A DNA stretch of 64,000 nt from Hyaloraphidium curvatum SAG 235-1 (lineage: Eukaryota > Fungi > Monoblepharomycota): contig JAIVFI010000012.1 in the NCBI GenBank assembly GCA_025558095.1, positions 558,001 through 622,000 on the forward strand. The letters are read 5' to 3'. The position numbers and the translations under genes were made by a program. Below are positions 11,123-22,326 of the stretch, piece after piece. The notes below the pieces were generated by a model. The model had not been told where the DNA came from. It searched no databases and saw only the letters and a program-made list of their open reading frames with translations. Each line of letters starts with the position of its first letter. Position 1 is the stretch's first letter.

Positions 11123-12846
11123 TCAGACCGACGCGGAAGGCTCCCCGCTTCCGATTTCGGCCGCCGAAGGAGATGTGACCACAACCTCGGGGGCATCATT
11201 GGGTGCCGCTGGGGACAGGGTTTCTGCATTCGCCGGCGCCGCAAGCACCTGGATCTCGTTTGCGTCCTCGTTGGTCGTGCTTAGAGTCTTGGCCGTCGAA
11301 GGGCTCGGACCAGGCTCGGAGTTGTCGGCCGCCTTGACTCCTAGCTTGGCGCCGTCCTCGGTTGGCTTCACGCTGGGCTTCGCGCTGTCCTCCCTCATCT
11401 CGGCCGTCTTGGCGATGGCCGCCTCGTGCATGGATTCGCGCTTGTTGGCTTCCGCGATCGTCTTTTGCCTGTCCGTGCGCGAGGCCACCGAGGGAGCCTC
11501 GCTGGGGCGGCGCGAGGCGCCCTCGGCCTCGGGCTTCTTTTGCTTATCCTTCTTCAGCAGCGCAGGACCGAACATCATGATGGCCTGGAGGGTGCCCAGG
11601 CCGTTCATGAAGGACTTGAACGAGATGAGCCAGAAAGTGTACCCGGGACCTTGGGGCGAAGAAAGGGAGCCAAGACCCCACAGGAACAGGGCAAAGTTCA
11701 TCGAGGCGACGATGATGGCCGTGCCGAGGGTCTGCTTTCCGGCAAAGCGGCGGAGCTGCGTGCGAAGGAGCTTGGTCAAGCACTTGAACGCGCGGACCTG
11801 CAGGGCGATTCACCTCCATGGCCTTGGCCTGCATCTTGTCGTAGGCGCTGCTGCTCTTTGCCCCGTTCTGCTCGCCGCTGGCCGGCTGGCCGGCGTTGGA
11901 GGTAGCGCGCGACCGGCCGCCCATCTTCTCCACAGTGTCCAAAATCATGTCTGCGAGCATGTAGCCGTACCTGGCAACACCGTCAGGTGGAGCATCTGGA
12001 CCTCGCCTTCGATGGGACTCACTTGACGACGAAGAACGAGAGGGTGAGCACGGACATGGCGGTCCATCCGTGCACGATCGACATTCCCGCCGTGGTCATT
12101 GCGTAAGCCGTAACGGCCTGGGGCACGGATCCCAGCGAACCCGCGTTGGCCTGCGCGGCGGCGTCCAGCTCCGCAGGCGGGATGTGGTGGAAGATGGTAA
12201 GGCCCGCCCCCGCGACGGCATATCCCACCAGCGAGACGATGCCGGTGCTGGCGATGACGATGCGCGAGCGTTTTCGCAGCTCGATGAGAACCTTGCCCGT
12301 CATGTCCTGGATGTTGGAGCCCGCAGAGCCCTTGGTGCCCTCGAGGGACTGGAACCAGGACTCGGAGGAGAGGTACAGGCCGTACTGCCCGAGCGTGGAG
12401 GAGATGGACATGAGGATAGGCGAGACGACGGGGTGCGGGTGGAAGAGGTAGAAGAAGTAGGTGATGGTGAAGACTGGGGAGGTGCGTAAGGTGAGTCGTT
12501 GTCGCGCCAGGGTGCCTCGGCACGCACCTGTCCCGCAGAGGGTGAAGAAGAGGAGGGTCTGCGCGGTGACCTTTTTCAGGAAGGAAAAGTCGCGGGTCTT
12601 GACCCAGAAACTGTAGATGGAGTGCCAGCCGATGCAGGCGGCGGTCCCGAACATGCCGAGGAGGACAGAGTACGTGGCAATCCTGACGTCCGGGAACGGG
12701 TCAGCGTACAACTGATGCGCCGATGCAATCTATGCGCACCTGCCGCTTGTCGGCAGGCAGCTCCCGGTGAGGTAGAGGTCATCCTCCCAGCTGTAGCCGG
12801 TCGGCTCCAGGAAGTTGTAAATCTCGCAGTCCGGGTGCACAATCAT
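11123..12846 (-). CDS. Seven-TM (GPCR-like) orphan membrane protein, multi-exon
   Basis: Spliced N-terminus MIVHPDCEIYNFLEP; about 7 hydrophobic segments; long loop between TM5 and TM6; acidic/Pro-rich C-tail. Confidence 0.7.
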
Positions 12847-13876
12847 CCTGGCGGTGCCTTCCGGGGACGGCCGCCGCGATGCACAGTCTTAGCTTCCGGT
12901 GCTTGCGTCGGAAGGCGGCCGCGGGCTCGGGTCGCCGGGAATTGCCCGCGGAATTGAGCAGGTGTCCGCGGAGTGTTTATTTCAACCAGCTTCGCCGGGC
13001 CGGGCGGCCATAAACAAACGTCACATCCCGCCCGCAGTTAACGTCGGAAATGACTAGTGACTATCAAATGTACTTAGTGGGTGGTGGGTGCCTGCATCTG
13101 AAAGTGGAAGAGCATTTCGCGCTCCACCTACGCCGCGGGCATGACCGCGGTGAAGCTAGCTCCACAACCAAGATAGCATTGACGAATCACACTCGAAACG
13201 GCTGCAAAAGCAGCAATCGTCTCAATCGGGACCATTAGTCGCGCTCTCGCCTCTAAGCGGCGGTGTCTCCCAGCCTCTGAGCCATTCGCTGCAACGCCAT
13301 CTGCCCCGCCGCCGCGACCCGCAAGAACGACGCGTTGTTTAAGCCCGGCGACGAGAAGAAAGCGTAGGTCGGGTGCCGCCGCGCAGGCGTCAAAGCTGAT
13401 AGATGCCTCCAGGGAATGGGTCACCCCGCTCGTTGCGTACCTTGCGAGCGATCTCTGCGATGCCACGGGCGGGCTGTTCGACACCGGGTTGGGGCAGGCG
13501 GGCGAGCTACGGTACCTCAAATCCCGCGGAGCATGTGGGTCCTTTGCACCGCGCCTTGATCGCAATCTGATTGCGGGCTGGCAGATTTCGATCCCGCGGG
13601 ATTCACCGCGGAGGATGTGCGGGATCGGTGGGGCGAGATCGAGGGCTTCGCCGGGGTGGTGCCGGCGTACACGGAGCACGGGAACCTGGAGATAATCGCG
13701 AGGAATCCATGGGCAAGAGGTGGGGCGGCGAAGATTTGAGGGCGTGGGAATAAACTGCTTTGCAGCTCGATTTAGGGGGGATTGCTGCTTGTTGCAAGCT
13801 TGATTGCGATGACTGTCCTGGTGGCTGGCTGCGAACAACACGACAAATCCCCATCCTCTGCTCGCCGTCGTCGGCC

Positions 13877-15060
13877 ATGAGTGGCCACAGCGACGACGAA
13901 GCCGCCACGATGTATCCGATTGCCGTACCGGAATCCGGCCAGCATCGTGCTCCCCCGATCCTGGGCGGCGATCCCGCACAGTCCTGCGACGGCCCGCGTC
14001 GCTGCTCGCAGGCCCAGGACGGCCCGAAACGGGGTTCTCCCTCCCCGGACGGAGGAAATGGGCGAAGAGAGCACATGGTGGTCAACTGGAGGGAACACGA
14101 GTGGCGATGGTGAGGACTCCGCGGTCCCCGAAGCGTCTGAACGCGGGCTGACGTGTCACTCCATGCTGACCCAGGTGGATCACCGAGGCTTTGGGCACGT
14201 TCTGGCTCGTATTTCTGCATGCTGGGCTCTCCATCATCTCTAGGACCGACGCGAATCCCGATCCCGTTCGGCGGCTGTCCTTTGGGGGGCAGGCGATGGG
14301 GGTTGGTTTGAGTCTGGTGCTGCTGATCTACTCGTACGGCGGGTTGAGCGGCGCTCAGTGGGTTCCGCGGCTCGGCATGATGTATGTGCCGACCTGATGG
14401 CTGCCGGACGCCTCGATTACCCTGTCGTTCGCGCTGGCAAATGACTTTCTCTCCGTCAGGTAAGACCCGAAGCCGAATTCCGCGGATAGCTGCCTGTGCT
14501 CAACTCCATTGCACCAACCAGAGTGCCTGGGTATTGGCTATCTCAGGGCGTCGGGGCGATGACCGCCGCCGGCGCCTTGTGGGGCTTCTTTGGGGGCGAC
14601 GACGTTGGTGTCCGATCGCCCTCCCCGCAAGAACCGTTTCACTCCGTTCGCCTTCACTCAGGCCCAACTCGGCTCCAACTACCCGGAAGGCCTCCTCAAG
14701 GGTTCACCCGAGCGGTGCTTCTTCCTCGAGTTCCTCCTCTCCTTTCTCCTCCAGTCCGTCGCCCTCCTCACTGCTTCCCGCGCCATGAGCGTAGGCGCCA
14801 ACGCTGCGCTGGCTGTGGGCGCCACCTTAGGCGTGTGCACGCTGGTGGGCGGGCCGTTCGGTGGGGGCTCGATGAACCCCTGGCGGTCGTTCGCGCCGGG
14901 GATCCTGGCGCCGAGGTACAGGGGTTGGCTGTGGATATACTGCTGCGCGCCCCTCGCGGCGGCACCAGTCACGGCGCTGGTGCGGATTGTGTTCAGGGAG
15001 GGGAAGGTGGAGGACGGGGAGAGGACGGCGGCGACGGGAGAGGGCGAAACCGAGCCGTGA
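13877..15060 (+). CDS. Aquaporin / major intrinsic protein, apparently damaged at loop B
   Basis: EALGTFWLVF, YGGLSGA, SITLSFAL, FFLEFLLSF, GGPFGGGSMNPWRSFAP, WLWIY; first NPA box and a splice acceptor are missing near 14359-14410. Confidence 0.8.
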
Positions 15061-15252
15061 TCGGGGGCGAGGTGGCGCGTGGGTGCTTGGTGCTGGGTTC
15101 CGCGTGTAGCTGCGGAGAGGTAGTTGCTTTGACATGTACATTCGCGTGTACTTGCCGACGGTTCTCGGCAATAGTTTTTCCGATGACCCAGTCGGAGTTT
15201 TCGCCACGTCACTCCCACCACTTCAGACAACTCCGCGCCCGCTCCGCAAACG

Positions 15253-15675
15253 ATGCCGCCCTCCATCCCGCCCATCGGCTTCCGCCTCCTCTCCCGCCGC
15301 CTCATCAACACCCCCTCTCCCGCCACCCCCCCGCGCCCCCCCGCGCAGGCCCCCGTCACTACGGACGTGCCGCCGCAGCCGTCGCCGACCAGGGAACGCA
15401 TTGCCGAGGCGTCGAGCGGGCCCGGTGCCGGTGCAGCCGGCTAGAACGGACACGGGCTGGTGAGTCGGCCGTCCGTTGTGCGTATGCGGAGCGCGGATGC
15501 TGACGTGTGCGCGCGCTCCGGCAGGTTCGCGAAGATGGCGGCCGGCGCGGCGTTCGTGGTGGGTTCCTTCCCGCACGGTCATGGAAAAAGGGAAATTGCT
15601 AACGGCAGGACGCCACGCTTGCTTCAGATGGTGGCGATCTATGTGGGAGTCCGCCAGCGCGAGGCACGCAAGTGA
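15253..15675 (+). CDS. Small putative mitochondrial single-TM protein (spliced; model uncertain)
   Basis: Presequence-like MPPSIPPIGFRLLSRRLIN; GTGAGT donor near 15459; exons FAKMAAGAAFV and MVAIYVGVRQREARK*. Confidence 0.4.
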
Positions 15676-15883
15676 AGATTCCGGCGCCTGCGGCTGCCCA
15701 CGCGCGGCTCTGCAATCTAGTCTCTGAATCTTGGAATCTCTAGCACGAAATTGACGGCATATGCGGTCTTCGAGCAGGCACATGCACAAGTCAGAGTCTG
15801 GTCCGCCGGTGCGAAACTCCGTCTTCCACCGTCTCCCTCCATATGATGGAGCCATGAAGTGTCCTCATGCGAAACGCCAAGCA

Positions 15884-18675
15884 TCAAACGTTGCTGATGT
15901 CCAGCACCGTGACGGTGTTCGAATTCGCGTTGCTGACAAACAGGCGGGTCCCTGCACCATTCGCGGCCACACCCCAAGGTGAAACGCCGACGGAGAGGCT
16001 GGTAAGGATGCTGTTCGTGGTAGCGGCGATCACTGCGACCGTGTTGGCCCCTGAGTTGGCCACAAAAACCCGGTCCTTGACCACCGTCAGCATCACCGGG
16101 TAGGTGAATCCAGCGATGGTAGCGAGCAACGAGTCCGTCGAAGTGTCGACGACGGCCACGCTCGATTGGTAGTTGCTGACGTACGCGCGCGTTCCAACGG
16201 CATCGACCGCCACGAACTGCCCGTAGTTCATGCCCCCAACTTGACCGGCCACGGAGTCCGAGGCGGAGTTGATCACCGCCAGGTTGGTCGTGTATCCGTT
16301 GGCAGCATAGGCCTTCGAAATAACCGGGTTGAACGCCACGCCTTGGGGATACCAACCAACCCCAGTAATGGTTGAAACAACGCTGTTGGAGGCGGTGCTG
16401 ATCACCTTGATCCAGTTGCTGGCCGAGACCACGTCGTTTGCAACGGTGATGTAGACCTTGCTGCCATCAGGGCTGATCGCGACGCCGATCGGGGAGTTTC
16501 CAACGGGAACGGTGCCGACCACCGAGCTGGTCGAGGTGTCGATCACAGACACTGTACCCGCGCCCTGGTTGGCAACGTAGGCAAAAGCCGCGCCCACGGC
16601 CACCCCAATCGGATTGCTGCCCACCGGGACGTTGGTGAGAATGGTAAAGGCAGAGTTGTCAATGATAGACACTGTGTTCGAGCCCCCGTTGGTAACGTAG
16701 GTGCGGGTTCCGTCTGGGCTGACCGCGATGCCGCGCGGATCGTTGAACACGGGAATCGTGACGGGAAAGGTTTGGGTGGTCATGGAAGACGTGAAAGATG
16801 TCGAGGAAGTGTACGAAGTCGTCGACTGGCTTGGCCGTCAACACGTGCGGCCAGCGTGCCCGGCGATCGGCTCACCGGAGTCTGGGTCTCGGAAGTGGAG
16901 CTGCTCGTGTAGCTGGCCGTCGAGCTAGTCTGGGATTCCGAGGTCGTGGATGACGTGAAGGACGTCGAGGAGGTGTACGAGGTCGTCGACTGGCCTGGCC
17001 GTCAGCCGGAACCGCCTTTCACCGTCAAGCGGATCGACCCACCGAAGTCAGGCTCTCCGAGGTCGTGCTGCTGGTCAAGCTCGCAGTGGACGATGTCTTG
17101 GTGTCGCTCGTCGAGGACGGAGTAAAGCTGGTTGTGCTTGAGGTGATCGAGGTGCTCGACGGGGTGAAACTCGTGGAGCTCAGAGTCTCCGATGAGGACG
17201 TGAAAGAGGTGCTGGATGGCGTAAAGCTCGTGGAACTCAGAGTCTCGGATGAGGAGGTGAACGAGGTGCTCGACGGGGTGAAACTCGTGGAGCTCAGAGT
17301 CTCCGATGAGGAGGTGTAGGAGGTGCTCGAGGGCGTGAAGCTCGTGGAGCTCAGAGTCTCGGAAGACGAAGTGAACGAGGTGCTGGATGGTGTAAAGCTC
17401 GTCGAGGTCCGAGTCTCGGATGACGAGGTGTAGGACGTGCTGGACAGCGTAGAGCTCGACGCCGTGAACGAGGAGCTCGTGAGCGTTTCCGAGGAGCTCG
17501 TCAGGGTTTCCGAGGTGCTGGACAGCGTAGAGGTCGACGCCGTAAAGGAGCTGCTGGTTGCCGTCGCGCTCGAGGAAGTGAGCGTGACGCTGGAGCTCGT
17601 GATGGTTGACGAGGTCGCAGTCCTCGAAGAACTGGACGTGCTCGCCGACGACGTCCTCGCCGCCGCGATGGCCACATCCAGGGTCACTACCTGCCCATTC
17701 GCAGTGAAAGTCTGCAGCACCGTGCAGTTCGGGAACCTGAGCTCCAGCCTCGTTCCCGCGGGCTGCGCGGGGAACGGGATGCCGAACAGGCCCGAGGCGT
17801 CCGTGGTCCCCTGCCCCAGCGCAGGGGGGCAGATCGGGGCGCGCGCGACCTGCTGCCGCGAGACGACGAGCTGGGCAAAGGCGAGGGGGATGTCGACGCC
17901 GGGGACGTAGTCGGCGGACGCGGAAACGTCGAAGAACACGCTGATTCGGGGATGGAGGGGTGGATGGGTGGCAAGTCAGCGACCAGAAGCTAGCCAGAAC
18001 GGTCGAGGCACCCACCGTCCCTTCACAGTCTGCCTCGGTGCCTTGGAACTGGTCACCGTCCGCGTCCGCGTGACGCGCTTCGTCGACGTGACCGTCCTGC
18101 GCTTCGTGCAGCACCACGCCGCGTTCCCGGTGCCACCGTTGGCGTTCGCCTTAGGAAGAAGCCGAGCGCCGGTGGGGCAGATGGGGCACAAGTGGTTCGG
18201 CACCAGCTCGCGGGGCTCCAAGGCACGCAGGGCGGCCCGTTCGCCGTGGTCCAAGTCCGCCGCGGCGGCGACCAAGTCCCCCGCCCCGGATTCCGCATCC
18301 TCGCGAGCAGCCAGTGCGCGGACGCGCCGGCGCACGGTGACCGTCCGCGTCGCCGTCAGGGTCTTGTACTTGACGGCGGGCCGGGCGTTCCCGGGCGGAC
18401 AGCAGCATCCCGAGACCTTGCGCCACGCAGTCAGCATCCCTGCATCGGCCAAACGCACGCAAGTAAACCCACATAAGAAGCTCCGGGAGTACTATTCCGC
18501 GGGATGAGGAGGGCGGCGAAAGCACCCGTCAGCGCCGGCGAACTGCGGCGACGCGGGGAACAAACCATGCCGGCGCCGCCGCCCACGACGGACTGGACCC
18601 CGTGGTCGGCACACACAGCGACGCGGCCAAAACGGTCGCGGCCCACAGCGTCAAGAGGAAGCGGGGGCCGGCCAT
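15884..18675 (-). CDS. Secreted adhesin-like protein: signal peptide, Cys-rich domain, SdrD/Cna-B-like domain, Ser/Thr stalk, YVTN beta-propeller
   Basis: MAGPRFLLTLWAATVLAA; GCCCP and CPICP...WCCT; GRVFFD...GTTDASGLF; S/T repeats; about 7 blades of PxGIAVSPDGTRTYVTNGGSNTVSIID type. Confidence 0.8.
17130..17560 (-). repeat. 60-bp coding tandem repeat (TSSSETLSSTSFTPSSTSF), about 5 good copies plus degenerate ones
   Basis: Visible 60-nt periodicity, e.g. gtaaagctcgtggaactcagagtctcggatgaggaggtgaacgaggtgctcgacggg. Confidence 0.9.
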
Positions 18676-19369
18676 CGAGCGGCGGTTCGGGCCGCCACCA
18701 CGATTCGGGGGCAGGGCGCTTCGGGCGGCGGTCCCGTCCTCCTCCGTCCGTCGCGGGCCAGCGTCTGTCCGATTCCGCACCCGACGTGCCTCCTTCCTCG
18801 TCCCCTCCATGGGCTCAGGGGGATCATCGGCGAGTGAATCAGAACCCGCGATCGGTTTCCTTGTTGCCTTGCTTGATCGGACCCGCGAATCAGCCGGATC
18901 CACTCCTGATTGAGCATCTGAACAAGTCGTCGTCGCATCCACCTCATCGCCCGGGCCGCAATCGGTTCAAGAAGAGCTCGACTTCTTCCATGCAGACTCT
19001 GTCCATGTCCTTGGATCGGATTCGGCGAAGCGGGGGAGTTCAGAATCATCTGGCCTCCTCATCCCGTCAATGTCATCCCATATGCGCTTGTAAGCTAACA
19101 GAGGACGACGTGCTCGATCGGCAGATTGTGGCAGCCCACGTAGGCGTCCGCAGCTCGAGGCGTGCAAGTGAGGGACTCGAGGGGGCTGCGGGCCTCAAAC
19201 GGCGGGGGGTGGAGCCGGCAAGCACGGCATTCCATTCTAGCTTTTGATTTTCGGCAACCGGAATACGGAATAGACGGCAGGTGCTGACATCGAGTTGAGT
19301 CGGTCGCCGCGCAAGTCGCGGGTTGGCAGGGTGGCGAAAACTCCGGCTCTCTCCGTCTCCCCTCCCACG

Positions 19370-20530
19370 ATGGAGCCCGCCGAGCCCGACGCGCCGGTTC
19401 TGCTTCCCGAGATCGTCGCGCTGATCGCCGACGCGCTGGCGGCCCGGGGCCTGCGGCGCACGCTCCTCCGTCTGGCGCTGTCGAGCCGGGAAGTGCACGC
19501 CAACGCGATGCCTTCGCTGCTGCGGGAAGTCACCATCGCCGCGCCGGCGTTCACCCCGCGGCGCGCAGCCGCGTTCTTAAACGACTGCATGGCGGCGGGC
19601 GGGTCGGCGGGCCGCGCGGATTCGCAGCACGGAGAGGGGTTCCGTGAGGAACATGGAGGAGGCCAATCCACGGAAGGCACGCTATCGAAGTTCCGGCACG
19701 TGCGGCGGCTGCGGATTGCGCCGACCGGCTACGAGGGCGAGCCACGGTTCGAGTGGCCGGCCAGCTACGCCGCCCTGCTCAAGGCCTGCCTCCCGTACGT
19801 CCGCCACCTCTCGGTGCGCTTCTTCCGCCGCGACGCACAGCTCCTCCGCGATTCCCTGCTCTGCAAACCCGGCCCCGACGGCCCGGTCTCCCCCGCCCCC
19901 AACCTGGCCCACCTGGACCTCGCCTGCGTCTACGTTCACAACCTGATCGCAGACGGATCCCTCCTCCCTCCGACCCTGCAAACGATGGACCTCGAGCTCG
20001 ACTCGGACCTGGACGCCTCCCCCCTCCTTTCAACCATGGACCGCGCCCCGCGCCTGGCGCAGGTCCGCCTCTGGGGCGCGTGGTGGCCGCACTGCGTGGA
20101 CCTGGCCCGCTTCCCGTCGCTCGCGGCGCGCGTGGTGGCGCTCAGGGCGGACTGCGAGGTGTTCCAGCGTCCGAGGTTGCTGCCGCCGATGCCGCTCAGG
20201 GAGCTGTCGCTCGCGGGCGCGGGCATACTGCACGGGGAGGACAGAGCGTGGCTGGCTTCCCTGGGTTCGCTGGCAAGGCTGGAGCTCATGGGGCTGTCGA
20301 CTTCCGATCCGATCCTGCGGGACCTGCCGCCGAATTTGGAGAGGCTGGTGTTGGTCAACCCCGCGTGCGGGGTGGGATCGCTTTCTGAATCGGAGAGGAG
20401 GGACCTGAGGCGGAGCGCGGCGCGGGTGCGGGCTGTGGTGATCCGGTGCAGGGCCGGGTGGGGGGACGCGGAGGAGAGGAGCTTCTGGGCGCTGCTGGAG
20501 AAGCCGCCGCGGTTCGAGATCGTGTACTAG
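19370..20530 (+). CDS. F-box-like / LRR (RNI-like) protein
   Basis: N-terminal LLPEIVALIADAL...LALSSR; LRR-like motifs LAHLDL, LQTMDL, LRELSL, LARLEL, LPPNLERLVL. Confidence 0.7.
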   Translation: MEPAEPDAPVLLPEIVALIADALAARGLRRTLLRLALSSREVHANAMPSLLREVTIAAPAFTPRRAAAFLNDCMAAGGSAGRADSQHGEGFREEHGGGQSTEGTLSKFRHVRRLRIAPTGYEGEPRFEWPASYAALLKACLPYVRHLSVRFFRRDAQLLRDSLLCKPGPDGPVSPAPNLAHLDLACVYVHNLIADGSLLPPTLQTMDLELDSDLDASPLLSTMDRAPRLAQVRLWGAWWPHCVDLARFPSLAARVVALRADCEVFQRPRLLPPMPLRELSLAGAGILHGEDRAWLASLGSLARLELMGLSTSDPILRDLPPNLERLVLVNPACGVGSLSESERRDLRRSAARVRAVVIRCRAGWGDAEERSFWALLEKPPRFEIVY

Positions 20531-20810
20531 GGCGCTCAATTGCACCGTCTGTTTTTCCAAGCACGTCGTTCGGCACAAGTCCGGACGGTGATAGAGCAGA
20601 CCGTTCCTTACGAAAGAGCTGCCCTTCGCATCGGAGCTGTATCCGTTCTGCCGGCTAAAGTGCCGTCCTCTTGCTCTTTTTGCGGGATCCGTATTGCCCC
20701 CTCGAAAGTGACAGTGGGCAACGTCCGATCGGGGGATGCGCACAGCCGCGCGGGTCCGCGCATCAGGCGCCCGCCGACACGCCGCAGCAGCGGCAACCCC
20801 GCCCCGCACG

Positions 20811-22064
20811 ATGCGCCCCCGTGGGCCGCTGCTCCTTCTGGTGTGCCTCCTACCGATATTCCATGCGCCGCCCGCCGCGGGCCAGCTCCCCGCCGGGCTG
20901 CCCCGCGGCGTCTCGGCGCGGCTGCTCAATGCGACGCTGCGGGGCCCCACCTCGGCCTGCCTCTTTTCGCCCTCGCCCGCCGGCCCGCGCGACACGCACG
21001 CATTCATCACCACGCAGCGCGGCGAGCTGTTCCTGCACGATGGCGCGGCGGGGTCGACGCGGCCGTTCGCCGATTTGAGGGGGCGGCGGAGGATCGACGA
21101 GACGAACGAGATGGGGCTGCTGTCCTGCGCCGTCGACGGCTCAAACGTCATCCTGTTCTATTCGGTGCCCGGGGCGCACATCGTCAGCCGAGTGCCGTTC
21201 ACCCTCGCCCCGCCGGTGCTGCAGCTCTGGCGGGAGCGGGTGCTCTTGCGAATGCCTCGCACGGACACCGCGAGGCACGCTGGGGGCTCGCTGGCGTGGC
21301 AGACGATCGGAGGAAGAAGGATGCTGCTGATAGGCAGGGGGGAGGATGCGGCTTGCGACTACAGGCAGGCGGGGTGCAACCTGACGCTGTCTACGAACGA
21401 CTACAGGGGCAAAATCCTCAGGAGTGCGTGTCTACCATGCGCCGGGTGCAACCACATTCTCACTTTCCTCCCCAACGCAGTCGATCCCGCGACGGGCGCC
21501 GGCGTCCCCGCCAACCCGTTCTACTCCGCCCGCGGCCCAAACTCCCCCGCCTCGCGCATCTTCCTCATGGGCGTGCGCAACCCCTGGGGCATCGCCCCCC
21601 TCCCCGCGTTCCCCGCCCGCGTGGCCGTGTTCGACCCCGGCGATACGCGCCGCGAGTCGATCCGGCTGCTCGGCAAGGGGGAGTTTGGCGGATGGCCGTG
21701 CTTCGAGGGCACCCTCCCTTACTTGCAGGGCATGTGCTCCCCCGCGCTCCTCCGGGCGCGCAGCACGCGGACGGTCGATTATCCGCACAGGAACGAGGAC
21801 TCGTGCATCGCGGGGGGCGTCTTCGTACCCGCCTCGTGGCGCGCCTCCCTGGGTGGCCGGATGCTGTTCGCGGACTACGGCTCGGGGGTGCTCCGGACGG
21901 CGGGCATCAGCGCGACGGGGTCCGCGGGGCCGATGACGGTGTTTGCCAGGGGCGCCTACGGCGTCGTGCGGGTTTCCAGCGGGGTGCTGGGGAGGGTATG
22001 GCTGATGAGCTTCTCGGCGTCGGGGATCGTGGAGCTGGCAGACACACAGCCCGGAGCGGGGTGA
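20811..22064 (+). CDS. Secreted glucose/sorbosone dehydrogenase family (PQQ-type six-blade propeller) protein
   Basis: Signal peptide MRPRGPLLLLVCLL; EMGLL, RHAGGSL, GKILR, PANPF, GVRNPW, FGGWPCFEG, FADY; one intron about 21423-21480. Confidence 0.8.
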   Translation: MRPRGPLLLLVCLLPIFHAPPAAGQLPAGLPRGVSARLLNATLRGPTSACLFSPSPAGPRDTHAFITTQRGELFLHDGAAGSTRPFADLRGRRRIDETNEMGLLSCAVDGSNVILFYSVPGAHIVSRVPFTLAPPVLQLWRERVLLRMPRTDTARHAGGSLAWQTIGGRRMLLIGRGEDAACDYRQAGCNLTLSTNDYRGKILRSACLPCAGCNHILTFLPNAVDPATGAGVPANPFYSARGPNSPASRIFLMGVRNPWGIAPLPAFPARVAVFDPGDTRRESIRLLGKGEFGGWPCFEGTLPYLQGMCSPALLRARSTRTVDYPHRNEDSCIAGGVFVPASWRASLGGRMLFADYGSGVLRTAGISATGSAGPMTVFARGAYGVVRVSSGVLGRVWLMSFSASGIVELADTQPGAG

Positions 22065-22326
22065 TTGGAAGCAACCGGTGATGCGGAGCTGCAGATCGCC
22101 TAGAATAGACATCGTGGCTTGGATGGACGCCGGGGATTCGGAGGGAGGCGTCCTCGTGATGGTTGCTCGGGCCGCCGAAGACCCTACGCCAACCACCCGC
22201 TTTTGACCCCGGCCGCACGCGCCGCCGCGCGTCTTTGGCGCCTTCCGCCGGGGCTGGCGCGACAAGGGGCTCGCTTTGATTGACTCTGCGGGCCGGCTCC
22301 GCGCCCAGCGGCCTTCCGGCCACGCG

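Noticed and set aside
11590-11640. Lys in the last TM of the 7-TM protein as a retinal-binding site (opsin)
   Set aside because: The context ISFKSFMNG lacks both the type II K...NPxxY and the type I DxxxK patterns.
12850-13870. 283-aa and other ORFs between the 7-TM gene and the aquaporin
   Set aside because: No codon bias or motifs; probably divergent promoter/UTR sequence.
17130-17560. Regular 60-bp repeats as a CRISPR-like array
   Set aside because: There are no unique spacers, variation falls at synonymous positions, and the repeats encode an S/T stalk in a eukaryotic gene.
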